Source: Mytilus edulis (taxonomy: Eukaryota). Taken from it: a stretch of DNA of 64,000 nucleotides. The notes beneath the pieces were generated by a model. It saw nothing but the letters and a program-made list of their open reading frames with translations. It did not search any database and was not told where the DNA came from. Shown piece after piece: positions 33,823 through 48,100 of this stretch. The translations under genes were made by a program, and so were the position numbers. Each line of letters opens with the position of its first letter. Position 1 is the first letter of the stretch. The DNA is taken from NCBI RefSeq assembly GCF_963676685.1, contig NC_092352.1:28396001-28460000 (forward strand), in the 5' to 3' direction.

Positions 33823-34720
33823 CAAAGAATTAATTTCCTTTGAAAACTTTTATAAATGACATGAGTAATATAACTGCAAAATATAAGTAAAAGTGTAAAA
33901 CAACAATGTGACACACTTTATAGCATATTTCGTTTCGCCTATGTATAATGGATTGACCGATTGGGCTCAAACTCTCATCTTTGATGGGTAACATACTTAA
34001 ACGTTTTATGTAAATTACAAAAATGTCTAGAATAAACTATTAACAATGCATGGACTCGATAATAAGTATCAGCAATTCGTGTTTATTAGTTTAGACGTCA
34101 TCTGATTAACCATCGAAATTACTGCCGAAGATTGCCGACGGTTAAAAACCCCGATAAGAACACAAATATAAATAAATTGCTACCTCATGTAATGGGATTT
34201 TTTTAGGTCTATTTGATTTCCTAGTGTAGTTACCTGTATAAGAATTGTTTTGTGTGTGGATCGAATCGAACGGTTGTCCTTGTTCTGCTTTCCATGTTGA
34301 CATTTTTTTCCTTTTAATACATGTGCAACCCATCTCCAGCTTTAGGGTAAAATTGAAGGTCACATAAATACGGATTCATTGAAGTCGAAGTATTCACTTG
34401 CAAGTGAATAATTTATCAGCGATGATTTAGCCTTCTTTAACAAAATTAAACCAAACTGGCTACTCAAGCCAATAATATTTCATTATTCCACTTCTATCAA
34501 TGACGGGAAAGTTTTAACTGATAGAGGAATCAGTCTCGGAGGGGGATATAAAACTTTAGTGTTAAGAGTAAAATCATGAATATAACTCAATAAATCTGCA
34601 AAAGGTTTTCAGCAAATATCAATTATTTTGATAAATCACCATAACAAAGCACTCTGCTTGATTCTTAGTCGGACAGGTACTTAGATTAAATAACACTGAG
34701 CATCGGAATATGCTTCATAC

Positions 34721-34743
34721 ATATATATATATATATATATATA
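34721..34743. repeat. (TA)n microsatellite
   Basis: Direct inspection. Confidence 0.9.
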
Positions 34744-35475
34744 CACTGTCACATTGTAACAACGGTTCATGTCGCTAAGGGAGATGACACAAAAAAAAAT
34801 CACCTTTTCGAAATTAAAGCTTTATAGAAGAAATAGGAAGATTTGGCATGATTGCTAGTGAAACGAATATCTAAATGTGGTTAAAATTGTAAGAATATCG
34901 TTGGAAGCCTCTGGCTAAGGTTCTCTCTAAAGACATTGATTATAAACCAACATCACTAGATTGTATAAAAAATGTTTTTATCTTTTGCCCCATTTGTCCA
35001 ACCTTTACAAAAATTGGTTAGAGAGTGTTTAATGGGTTGAACAAGATTCCTACTGAATTTGAAGTTCATAAGGTCGAACTTTCAGGTTAAAATAGCCCAT
35101 TTACTTGCTCTCGTCATTGTGTATTATAGTTCACCATTGATGATAGGCTATTGTTTCATAAAATTTTATTTGGAGTTATTCATATCTCATCTGATCGTAG
35201 TTTACATAGTAGTGTTGACATATTCAATGAAATTGAAAATGTTATTTATAAATGAATCAGATTTACAAGTTTCGAATTGAGAATGGAAATGGGGAATGTG
35301 GCAAAGAGACAACAACCCGACCATAGAATAGACAAAAGCAGGTCACCAATATGTCTTCAATGCAGCGAGAAATTCCCGCACCCGGGGGCGTCTTTCAGCT
35401 GGCTCCTAAACAAATATATATACTAGTTCAGTGATAATGAACGCCTTACTAAACTCCAGATTATACACAAGCAAC

Positions 35476-35601
35476 TGTTTACTTGGTGATTTCAATGCAC
35501 ATTATAGTAACTACAATGAATCTGTAGACCTCGAAAGAAATATTCTTGACTTTTATAATGTGCCAACTGTCAATAATGTTGTAGATGATTGTGTTATGTA
35601 A
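35476..35601 (+). mobile_element. LINE APE-endonuclease fragment
   Basis: Translates CLLGDFNAH, the GDFN motif of non-LTR retrotransposon endonucleases. Confidence 0.55.
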
Positions 35602-36331
35602 TTTAAGTTTTTTTGTCCTTCATTGAACTGTTGATGTCATCCGTAAGAAGTATTATTATAGAGTACGTTCTACAATTAATCATGATGATTTGGTATGTAA
35701 AAGTAGAGGGTGTTAGAAAAATTCGAAAAGACAAATTAACAAGTTTCAGAAGGCATTATAAGTATATTGCGTGGTCTGCGTACCACGGCTCCTAAGTCTT
35801 ATTGCTCATTGTTAAACAAGGGCTCTGAGAAGGTACTGAAAATTGTTTACATGAACTCTAAATAACAGATTGTTCAATTATATGGAAAGTTTAGGATTAT
35901 TATGTGAAGAACAGACAGGGTTCAGAAAGGGGTATGGCACTGTTGATTATATATTTAATTTGAAATGTCTCGTTGATTTGTATTTATTTAGGAGGAAAAC
36001 CAGGACAGATTTCCCAATAGCATTATAGTGTATGCACAATCTCTGGATGATAAAGCCCTTAAAAACATCTCTTAGTAATCTTTGCAATGCAAAATTCTGC
36101 ACCTATCTAACATTTCTTCATTGGTAAACGGACAAAAAGTCACAGCCAGGACATAAAGTCACAAATTTGGTAGGACAAAAAGTCACAAATAATCGTTGAC
36201 AATTGTTTGAATATATTTGAGAAATATCTAGAAATATAAACTTTTTGTTACATATATTTATATTAACGTTTAAGACATTGTCTTTATATTTCAAAAATCA
36301 AGATTTATCTAATTTTAATCATGCAAAGGAT

Positions 36332-36780
36332 ATAGAATGAAATTCAAAACAGTGTGGCTGTGGCCATTGATTGACACATTAAATTCATCCATTGACTGGG
36401 ACAATTTACGTGAACGTTTGTATGTAACGACCACTGTTCACGACGTACCTACGATAGACATTTAAACTGTGGGGTCACCAAAGGTTTCTTGACGCCTTTA
36501 ATTATAAAATAATTCGAAAAATTAATCAGGAAAAACCTTTATGTTTTGATTTATATACTTGATATAAATCAAAACATCGTGTTATTTCTGATTAATTTTT
36601 CGAATTACTTTATTAAGGTGTTGAAAACCTTTGGTGACCCCATAGTTTAAGTGTCTTTAAAAAGTACATAGTGAGCAGTGGTCGTTACATACAAACGTTC
36701 ACCTAAATTGTCCCAGTCAATGGATGAATTTAATGTGTCAATCAATGGCCACAGCCACACTGTTTTGAATTTCATTCTAT
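36332..36780. mobile_element. ~450-bp foldback MITE nested in an element with GGACAAAAAGTCAC terminal repeats (~36125-37000)
   Basis: Arms are near-perfect reverse complements over more than 200 bp. Confidence 0.85.
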
Positions 36781-38291
36781 TCGTTGGCACCGCGAAGCCT
36801 TTTAAGTGCCAATCCACTAAGACATTTTGTTTTCTTAAAAATTATTTGATCATCTTTGATATTGTTTAGAAAAATTTTGTTTACAAAGTTGGTTTTTATA
36901 CAATAGTTCAAGAAAATACATTTTTTTAAGATGAGCATTTTCTTATTCAAAGAAAACTATCTAAAAAAATAAATTGTGACTTTTTGTCCTGTGATTTTCT
37001 GTGTATGACAGTTGTAAATTTCCCTCTTTTCATTCGATTCAATCTACCAATTGTTTTAATCGTAAATTTATTCTCATCCTCAATGATTCCTCAATATATA
37101 GCGTTGGATGTTAAACATGTGAAAATCAATCAATTAGTATTGAACACCACTATGGGGAGTTAAATGTGATTTTTTTTTTCTTAAAATAAATAATCAGTCT
37201 TGTATATTTGAAGAACCAATACTCAGTTCTATGTAACAATTAAGTTTTGAATTTTTATCTCCAATACTGCTTAACAGAGTGACTTCATATTTAGTCAGGA
37301 GCTCAACAATGATGAGTTGTAAATGGGTAGCTTTTTCAGATCTGTTGAACACCTAGTTTCTTTTTTCCCCTATACTTTGAACAACATGTAAATGCATGTC
37401 TAGCACACCAACATGTGTATTTAATTTAAGACCAACTTAACGATTAGTCTGATTCTATGAATGATGCTTATAGTTATTTATTTATGTGGAGTTATAGATA
37501 AACAACACCTACCCCTACTTTTTTCAACATCTTTTGCTAGTCTAATGATATTATCCTGTCCACTCCTCTTGCAAGAGACTGAACCAAACCATGGCTAGCA
37601 ATGATGGTTAGCTTTGGATATTCCAAAGATAGGTTTGAACTTATAAAATATAAAGTAGAAAATGACATTGTGTAGGAAAGATTATCACACATTTGTTAAG
37701 AATACAAATTGTATTGCCTATATGCCAAAGCCACAGATTTGCCCTTGTCATATTTCTGCAAGGTCAAATAACCGTTTATCTTGCTCTGTTATTAATGCCA
37801 GTATAATGAAGTGTTCCTCATCAGGGTCAATTAAAATGACAGCAGAATTTGTTGAAGAAATGAAAAAAAAAATACCAGTGCTTTGAAAATTTTAATGTTA
37901 AAGGACTATAGTTTTGAACTGTAGGGGACCTGTGATAAATGATTTCAGTGAAGGAAAATAAATTAATGTGGTGTGATCAACATTCTTTCCACTTACAAAC
38001 ATTTGTTCAATATGTGATAAATAGATTATAGTAGGTCCTTCTTCATGTTGGCCTTTGTATCAACCCATAGGAGATCTCAGCCAAGTGTGTTGGGCTGATA
38101 TGAGAGTATCTGGATGATTCTAAGGCTGATACTGAAACAAGGCATGTTCTAACTATAGTTATCAAAAGTACCAGGATTATAATTTAGTACGCCAGACGCG
38201 CGTTAGATGTGTAAATGTTTCATTGAAATAAATTGTTGTTAAGCTATGCCTGCTCAAAGAATAATTATGTAAGATAAAACAAGAAACATAC

Positions 38292-38297
38292 TTTATT
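38292..38297 (-). terminator. Candidate polyadenylation signal of copy B
   Basis: AATAAA followed by a GT/T-rich tract, ~810 nt after the stop codon. Confidence 0.4.
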
Positions 38298-39104
38298 CAA
38301 AAATAAAATAAAAATTTTACAATTAAATGTACATTTAGCATCTATTTCCTGTACAAATCATGCATATAAAATAAGATATTCGATTAAAATTCAGTGTATT
38401 TCATTTTAAAATTCGCACCTATTACTATATTCGTTATTGCAGAAATCAAAATTATGACAAAAAACTTACTATGATAAGAAGTTTTAAGAGATTCTATAAT
38501 ATTGATGGTAATGACAGTTGAAGAGTACTGATGATTGGAGTTTTAACGACCTTGACTGATTTTACAGTCCTCGCACCGTGGACAGAGTACTGGTAGAAGA
38601 CCATATATATAGTGTTGATTGGGTCTTGGGTCGGAGGCAGTTTAATATATAAAATGCTGATCATAAAACTTTCGAGTCAGTTTTTTGTACTCGTACTCAA
38701 AAATCAACCAATCAAAATTGCTGGATTTCATGTTTCGAGCACTGAGCAAAGTTTTATGACTTCAAACCCAGGAATACTGATTCATTTGATCAAAATGTTG
38801 GCCAATAAATAAAAAAAATTACATTGAATGTTAGCTTTTTAACTTAAAAAAATTACTTTAGATAGTATATGGAATCTCAGTAGACAAATTTTGGCAAAAA
38901 ACTGAGAAAGAAAGGTTTGAAAATGTAGGCAAGATATAACAATTGGTTCTAAATGGTGACAATAACACACACAGTAAGGCTGTAAAAATATAAGCTTAAA
39001 ACTTGCTGCCATTTCTAGAAAAAGTCTTTGTACAAACACAATTCATTGTAATGTTATTCGTAGAGTTATCCTCATGGATTTCTGATGTTTGGTCGATCAA
39101 TTGG

Positions 39105-39131
39105 TCAGCAGTACATTGTGTAGTATAGATA
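39105..39131 (-). CDS. Calpain B exon 20 (last coding exon)
   Basis: Strong pyrimidine tract ctttttcag, then [11 protein letters not shown], a calpain-like C-terminus. Confidence 0.85.
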   Translation of the reverse strand, partial: YLYYTMYC

Positions 39132-42100
39132 CTGAAAAAGAGAAAAGACATTTCTCCAAATATTTCATGATTATGCAATTGTATGCCTTTAAAAAAAACG
39201 TTTGACTAACACTCGCTGTTCTGTTGAACTCTATTAAAAAAAAACTTTATATAGAAACAAGAAAAAATATACCAATTCAAAACTGTACATGAAGGAATTA
39301 GTTTTTAATGTTTTGCTTTTGAACATGGTTAAAGAGAAACAAAGGTCAGTGAACATTTCCCCTGTTGTAGAATGGATAAATACTTTAATCTTCAAATCTA
39401 AATTGAGATAATGTGGGTTTTAGTAAGATTGAATTCTCATTACTTTTCTTGTAATTATTTAACATTGAAAACTTACTTCATTTAAGGTGAATGAAGCAGC
39501 ATCATTATTACCACCGGTTTTCAACTGCTGTTCCTTGAATAGTTCTAAAATAGAATAGAAAGATGCTTTTTAAAGTAAATAGACTTTGCAATACAAAGTT
39601 TTCATCAATAACCTTGAAGCAAAAACAAACTCCTAAAATACCTGACACAAATGCAAGCAATGAAACAATTATAACAAATAAATAAAGAATGTATGTTTGC
39701 TTATTAATGTTGAAGTCCATATGATGCCATATAGATATTTTCATGTTTTAGTTTAGGAATGAAACAAGATGAGATACAAAAAACGTTAAAGATTATATTA
39801 AATTAGAGGATTAAAAAAGCATCTATACAAAATATTTTGCAATTATTTATCCAATAGCCGTTAAAAGATTAGTGCAAGAATATATTGTCTACTAGATAAC
39901 CTGACTAAACAATAATATACAGGGGCCTGAATATATCATTTTTAGTTTTTTTACTTTGGCTCAACCAGGGATGAAATCGGCAAATTCAGCCCTAAAAAAA
40001 ATCACTTTTATTAACTGTGATCTTATTTAAATAATCTTATTGGAGAATGTGAATTAATTCAAAGCAGAGCAAAACATTTATATCTATCTAAAAAAGACAT
40101 TACTAGGTTGTGAAACTTTAGTCCCATCTGTTTGTATAGTATATGAACAATAAAATATGTTTAAACTCTTAAGATATTTACCAAACATTAATGTGAGTTT
40201 AAAGATCACTATCAAAAAATCTGTCAGTCTGATTTTATTGTTCCTGTTTCCATAGCGACGTACAATCGCTATCTGTACCTGTCTGTTTACAGTAAAACCT
40301 GAAAAAGTCAATAATGTAAATGTTTAAAAACTGTAAAAGATCATTGGCGGATCCAGGGGGTGGGGGGTTGAAAACCCCCCCCCCCCTTTTTTGGGGGCCG
40401 ATTAATGGCTGGATCCACCTTTGAAGATGTATAGTAAAGTAATGTATCATTTACAACAAAGTGATCATATGAAAACATGAACACACACTCCACATGTTCT
40501 TATTCAACAGTTCAACTAAAATGAACTGAAATCAAACTTAAACTTTCAAGAATGAACACATTGGTGTGGTTAGCATATCATCAATCTTTATTCAAAGTTT
40601 TAGAAAACAGAAAGAAGGTGTCTGGGAGACCTGAAAAGCGCATACACATTACAACTCATCACTGATAAACAGCTGACTGAAATCATTCTGTTCAATAGTA
40701 CTTGAAAAAAGTGTGACACAAATATTTAACTTCATTTAGCCTTTGGAATAATTCATAGTTCATGTATCCTATTGAAGAAAGTATTTGATTTTCAAAATTG
40801 AAAGTAGATATCTGATAGTTGTAAAAAGTGCTCACATATAATAACTCATCACTGCAAAGCTGTGACCAAATATTAAGTCATTAGTTTCTGTAATGCCTGA
40901 GAAAATTGTGATGAATATATTTGCTGGACAATTGGAGGAATGACAGACAGGATAGATAAGGCGAGTTATTTGATGTTTGAAAAGTGCAGTGAACTTGCAA
41001 GCATATCAGATAAAAAAAAATATTATGTGATGGCAGTGAGAAGACGCTTGTAATTTGCAAACATATAGCAGTAAGCATGTTTATTAGAATTAACATATAA
41101 ATACAATTATTTCAGTATAAATGCAGGAGTCAGGTAATCTTTCTCAAAGTTTATAATTTCACAGTTATACCAACCAACACTGTTATAGATTTAAATATCA
41201 TTTATAGATATAAAAAATGCAGATTTTTTTACTATTTCAAGTAGATAGATAACTTTTAAAAACTATTTAGAACTCCATTAAAAAATAGGTGATTTATGGG
41301 CATCAACACTTTTAAGAATTGTTATTTCATGAGAAGCAAAGTATTTAGATAAAGCGATTATGTATTTATGGAAGTGTATTAAAGGGATATTGTCTATCAC
41401 AGATATGTCAACAAAGCCAATTCAAGCATCCTATGTGAGGCTATGTTGTACAATATGTCTAGATACTTGTACATCCATGCTCTTACAACAGATAAATAAT
41501 TCACTTACCGGCACCTATATATGGACCTGCATTATTTAATTATGACATAAAGGTATAATACATTTGATTATAATCAATTAGTTTAATATTTCTGTATTGC
41601 CTTCATCTTTAATTAAAATGTTATACAAGAATAGAGTTTTGATATTGAAACTAATTTAATTTGAAGACTGGAAATGAAAAGTGTTTTAAACAACAAACAT
41701 TTTGACTATCAGACTTACACTGTAGTAAATGTATCATGGTGAAACACTACTAATAGGAGTGAGGATTATTATTATGTCATGGTTTGAAAAGAATGGATAT
41801 TAGAGCAAACTGTGGATTCATTTATATTTGTGGATACCAATTTTCGAGGATTGAGGAAAAATAGTATTTTAGTGGTTACTTTTCATGGTTTTGCCAAAAT
41901 CTATATTCTAGCCTATATACAATTTCTACTATTGTGTCTTTAAAGAAGATATATTCGTGGTTTACCTCTTACCACAAAATCCATGAAAATTGGTATCCCA
42001 ATGAAAAATAATGAATCCATAGTAAAATATATAGCATATCAGTAGAAAAAGAAGTGGCATTAATAGTTTAAATATGCATAATAACTCAATGAATCAAAGC

Positions 42101-45100
42101 TCACCTAAAGCACTGAAAAGTTTGCTTAGTTCGTATGTATCTACGCTGGCAGTCCCATCCTTGTCAAACTGCTCAAATATTTTCTGTAAAAATATAAATC
42201 AAATCTAGATATAACCTTTTTATAAAAAAGCTGTTGGCATCAAATTGGCTTTCTCTCATTGTATGCGTAGATATTCTCTTTCACATTCATTGGTGTTTTG
42301 TGGATGTATAGCAATCTTATCATTTCTCTATTTTTATACTACTGAAGATTTATTTATTTTTGGTTGTAACAATTTTCTTTAAAAAAAAACATGTTTCATT
42401 TGTTAGGATACTTGATTTCTTGGCTTGAAAAAGTTATTTAGGAATATGTTTATTTTTAACTTTCAAATTTGTGTTTTTAGGGATTTTTCCACATTCCTGT
42501 CCTATTAATGTTTATCAGGGATACACATTACTAACATATCTACCTTGTAAGCTTTAATTTCATTCCATCCTTTTACAACTTCATCAAAATTGAGTGCACC
42601 AGAACGATTTCTCTGAATTTAGGTTAAGGATGATAATAAAAATTCTGTTCATTGTTCACTTCTTTGTCTTCCATACAAACATAATTTTCCGTTTCAAGTA
42701 ATTGCTATACAAAACATATTCTCTTTGCTAGGAAAATCATCAAAGAATCAGAAATAGGGTAATTTTTAGATACTCTCTGGTATGATGGACAAAAAAAGCA
42801 AGTACACAACAAAAATAACTGCTTGAACAATAAATAAACTAATGTAATCAGTAAAAACAAATTATGTCTGATCTTGGTAACCTAATTAATAGGGTCCTTT
42901 AAAAAAGGTAAAAAGATAGAGACTTAGTCTCTGCAGATATCTGAAATACCACTGGCCCACTATTTAATATAAAAGGATACATCCATCAGTGTAACCAGAG
43001 ATCTAGCTGCCTCTAAACTAAACAATATAGATTCTCCAAATTCTGTAAAAATAAAATCACACTTATTTATATTTACTTAAAATCTTGTGTAAAATGAATT
43101 CTATAAGATGGACGTACATATAAAAAAGATGTGGTATGATTGCCAATGAGACAACTGTCCACACGAGACCAAAATGACACAGACATTAACAACTATAGGT
43201 CACTGTTAGGCCTTGAACAATGAGCAAAGCCCATACCGCATAGTCAGCTATAAAAGGCCCCAATATGACAATGTAAAACAATTCAAACAAGAAAACTGAC
43301 GGCCTTATTTATATAAAAAAATGAATGAAAACAAATATGTAACACATAAACAGATGACAACCACTGAATTACAGTGAATTAATCATTTGAATATGGAAAC
43401 ATTATATTGTCTTCAACAGGAGAGAAGAGTTACTTCACTTCAAATTTCCAAATATTGTAAAAATGTGTAATGAAAATCTAAGAAGGAAGGCCTCACAAAA
43501 TTTCGTTGTAAATTGTACAAGTGTTCCTTCATAAACAAATGATAGAACTAATTGAAGGTTTAGGACATATATATCTTTATGTTTGGTTTGAGATATTTAG
43601 TTCATCATTCAATACATATAAATAAGGCTGTCACATTTCTATTATTTCTCATAAATTACCCCCCCCCCCCCCCCCCCCAACAACAACAACAACTGATTAA
43701 TCCCATCAATAAAGCTTAAACAATAAAATTTCCTCTGGAAAGGTTGCCCTTTATTATGACTTTGATTGTTCTTTATGAGCCCTGTTAGTTTTTATGATGT
43801 TTATTACACAATCATCTTTCATATGAGCCAAATTAACTGTAACCAGGAGTAAGTTTGGTAAGAGCAAAATATATAAAGTTCAATGTTACAAGATTAAATA
43901 TTTTAAGTTGACTTAAAGACATGTGAGAAAGTTAAATAGAACTTTTAGTGTCAAAGTTTTATTCTAAAGCGTTGATTTTTACATCCCAAATAGGTCAATA
44001 TAAAAAAATTTGGGGATATTTGACAAACCAACAGGATTTCGCCCAAATTTAGGACTAGGAAAATTAGAGCTCAAGCATCGGCAAAATAAATATTCAAGTT
44101 ACAAACATTATTTTAAAAGATTTTTTTTGTCAACGTATGCACTCTATGTTTCGTGTCTAATAGTCAATGGAAATTCTAAAATAAAAGCAGAACACATCCT
44201 ACTATTATTCTATAAAAAATCTCTGTCTTTAACTGTTATTGTTGAATCCCTCTTTACCTTACCTGATGCAGATAATTCTCTAAGAAAATGTTTTAATTCT
44301 TTTGCATAAATATGTCCATCTTCAGTGGCATGCTTCATAAACAATTCCTTCACTGGATCTAATGGTTTAACTGGCTTTGGCTACCGGGAAAAAAATGTAC
44401 TTTAGATGAAACTAGTTTAATCATATTAAATTACATACCTGTCTAAACCTAACTCCTTTGGGACTAAACATTTTTTTTCACATAAGACATGTGTTTAGTG
44501 TACGTACAAAGGTTTAAATACTATCAAATATTTACAGTCAGTTCCAATACAAGTGTTCAGTTTTCACAAAGTTTCTGATTATGCAAGGTTTCACTATAGA
44601 TAGGTTTCTTTATTATACAATTTAAATTTGAGTCATTTGCCTTGGCTGCCATTTGGAGGGGTAATTATTTATTTTCCTATTGTTGTACAAACCAGTCTGA
44701 TGAGAGAGTACTGATCCCTACTAGATGGCAGCAATGAATCAAGCAAGGCTAAGAGAATCTAAAATGTTTAAAAACATTTATTTTGAAGGTCTACAGTTCA
44801 GTATGGCAAGTTGAATTTGGCTAATTTATCAAGGAACTTCGCACATAGACCCCAACATGGTGACAGAAGGGAGATTTACTCTGGCTCAAATTGTGTCAAT
44901 TGATACTTTTCTCTTTTCAACTGCCAAACAGCTAATGATTATGACAGACACCATAAATAAGCAAATGTATCCTTTTTTTTTCTCATAACTTTCTCAGGAT
45001 AATTTATTTTGTGAAGAGAACATGATTTTGTCCTACAGGTAAACCAGCATTTAAATGAATCAAATTAATAGCAGTTTACTTACAAGTTCATTCTTATCAT

Positions 45101-48100
45101 CTTCTTCCAGTAACCTGAAATGTTGATAAAATTGATTAAATTTTAATATTATTTAAACAAAATTTCATATTATACATCGTCAAAATGCAACATTTTTGAA
45201 GTTTCCAACCTGTTGCAACTTCCTCATACAAATTTGAAGAGGATTTGATAAATAAAGATGAAGGCACTATTCTGGGGAAAACAGGAATGCTGGACAGAAT
45301 GACAGAAGAGTCAAACCATTACATACTTTACAACTTCATTGATTGATATATAATCCCATATTATTTATCCTTTTTCTATGTTATTATATTTTAGATGTCG
45401 GCTAAGCATTAATGAGACAGACTCTAAATATTTGCTTTTACTATTTGTATGTATAATTTCTAGCTTTAATATTCCAAATTAAAAATATGAGTGTACAAAT
45501 TGTGCCAGTGAGATGGTAGCCCCACATTTATACAAATAAGCTAAACAACATATAGATTTAACATACAGTATCCCATGATAAATAGGTATCAGAATAATCA
45601 ATATGTCAAGCTCTAAAACAACTTGAGTTAAAAAATGACAATTTTATCATCATTTAGTGTAAAAAAACAAAACAAAATGGATTCCTGGAATATTCTTGTT
45701 CATTTTCAGCATTTTTTTCCTATTCTTTCCTAACCATTGGGCTTTTTCTGATTTTTTGGGGGAAATTTTATTTTGAATACATAATTTCTCAAGAATCAAC
45801 ATAAATCCATTGAAAAAACAAACCAATCAGACAATACACTAATACAATTTAGCTTTACAGGTAATTTTAAAGTTAATCTTAAGTGATTAACTTCAATGGT
45901 AGCACATGTTTCTTTTAATCTGTATTGGAATATGTAACTGGTTATTTTTTTAGAAAAATTTAGTACACTTTTCTGGCAAAATTAGTACTTTTAAAGTAAT
46001 CAATTCTTATTATTTTTACAAGATGTTTTTCCATAATGTAGAAAAACAACTTTAGAATTCCACTTACCCACTATCAGCTGGTTTCTCTGTGTACAACCTG
46101 AGCATAAATTTGGCTTCATCATGTGCCTTGAATGTACTAGGTATCAAAGCATAAACACCAGGGTCTAACTCAAATCGTCTTGTGACTTCACGATTGTATT
46201 CATAAATCCCTGATCTTTTTCGTAGAATTAAAGCATTTCTTGGAGCTGATTCTCCGTCTAGTGGTCTCCTTTGAAATGCTCTCAACTGTACAAAAATCAG
46301 GTTATACATGTTCAAATTTAAATAAAAATCTGAATTGTTTGAATAAGATTTGTGGCTAGAAGTTAGTACATTCAAAATTTAGCTGCATAATGAACATCTA
46401 ATTATATATTATTTTTCAACAATACCTTTATAAATATGGACCTTTCATATGCAGACATTTGTGATAGCATATTAATCTGTCATTCTGGCATAACAGATTA
46501 CTGCATATAATAGGTTCAGATTTTCACCAAAATAACCTTTATTACTGCAGAAATAGTTCAATAAATGAGGTAGATCATTTAGTTCCTTCTCATGGTAGAG
46601 ACTTTTATTACAGAAACAGAAAAAAAATTCAGCAATTGCCTTATAATGGGAGATAACTCAGATAGTTTAGTTGAACAAAAATGTAATGTTTATTTTTCTT
46701 CTTTTTTTTTAGAAAGAGGCACTGTTACCCTTATATTTTCTGATTATCAATAAACCTCTTTTCTATTAAAAATCACAAAATTACATAATTACCTTATAGA
46801 CATCAAATCCTATAGCAACAGTTGATTTATTATTCATTTCTTTCTCTGTCAAAGTTGCAATCAGGGTACATAACCCTGAACTGTCTGTTATATCCACATC
46901 TTTTAGTGTTATGAAAAACTGAGGATTTTTCCAGTAAAGATCTGAAAAAAAGAAAATCCAAGGTAAAATTTCTAAATAATTTCCAGCTAATTTTCTATAA
47001 TCATTGAAAACTGATTTAGTCACATGCAAAAAATATAGCACTATTTTTTTTTTCGTTTTTAGAACTGTAAAAAAACAACAACAAGGTCATAACTTGATCT
47101 GTCCTTTTTTACACCCTATATACTTGCCTAACAATTAGGGCAATGGTAGAGGCTCAATGTAAACATATTTTTATTTATATTTGAAATTCACCTGGTGTGG
47201 AAATGTCTATGTTTTCTTCCACATTAACATTTATTTTCTTTATATATCATCATTTAATTAATCCCTACTCATATCATTATTCAAATACATGAATGACATT
47301 TTTTCATTTTTTTTTTAGCTAAATTTTTCTGTTCAGTTCTCTACAAAATACCTGAATCAGATTTGCTGGCATGAATGAAAGTATTTACAACATTTACTGA
47401 AACTGTAGTAAAGAATCTCCTTCTGCCTAAGTAGAATTATCTCCCCTGCCTAAGTTGGGTTGTTAAATACAACCTTTCACAGTCATGTTTCTTAATTTCT
47501 AGGTTTGAAATATTTTCTATAGTCTCCAATACCACTTATTCAAAATAGCCTCTAATATGTTTATGTTGACAATTGCCACAATTTCCTCCAGCCATCAGTT
47601 CTCACAAAAAAACCTGAATCAGCTTTGCTGGCATTACTACTATCTACAACAGTTAATGATATTGTAGTAAATTATCTCCTCCTGTCTTAGTAGAATTATC
47701 TCCACTTGCTTAAGGATGTACACCTCTGAGAAGCCAAAAATTTCTAGAATTAAAAATTTTCTAAACCTGAATTTTTGGTTTTCATGACTGTAAAAAAATA
47801 ATTGGTGATGAAAAAATCCTATGGTGGTGCACTTCTTTTTTTGCTACGGCCTTTTGAAAGTACCTAATTTTGATAATTTTTCCATTTTTCATCAATTTTT
47901 ACCTATTTTTGGGGCTATTATCATGAAAAAAATCACAGTTCTACAATCAAGTTTTTTGTCATACTTTGTATAAAGGTGAAGGTGACCTATCTGAATAAAT
48001 TTGAATAATAAAAAAAATATAAGTAGGTGTTAATATTATAAGAAAGTTTTATCATATTTTGATGCTTTTTTGAGTCAAATTTATCATTGTTGTCAATTTT

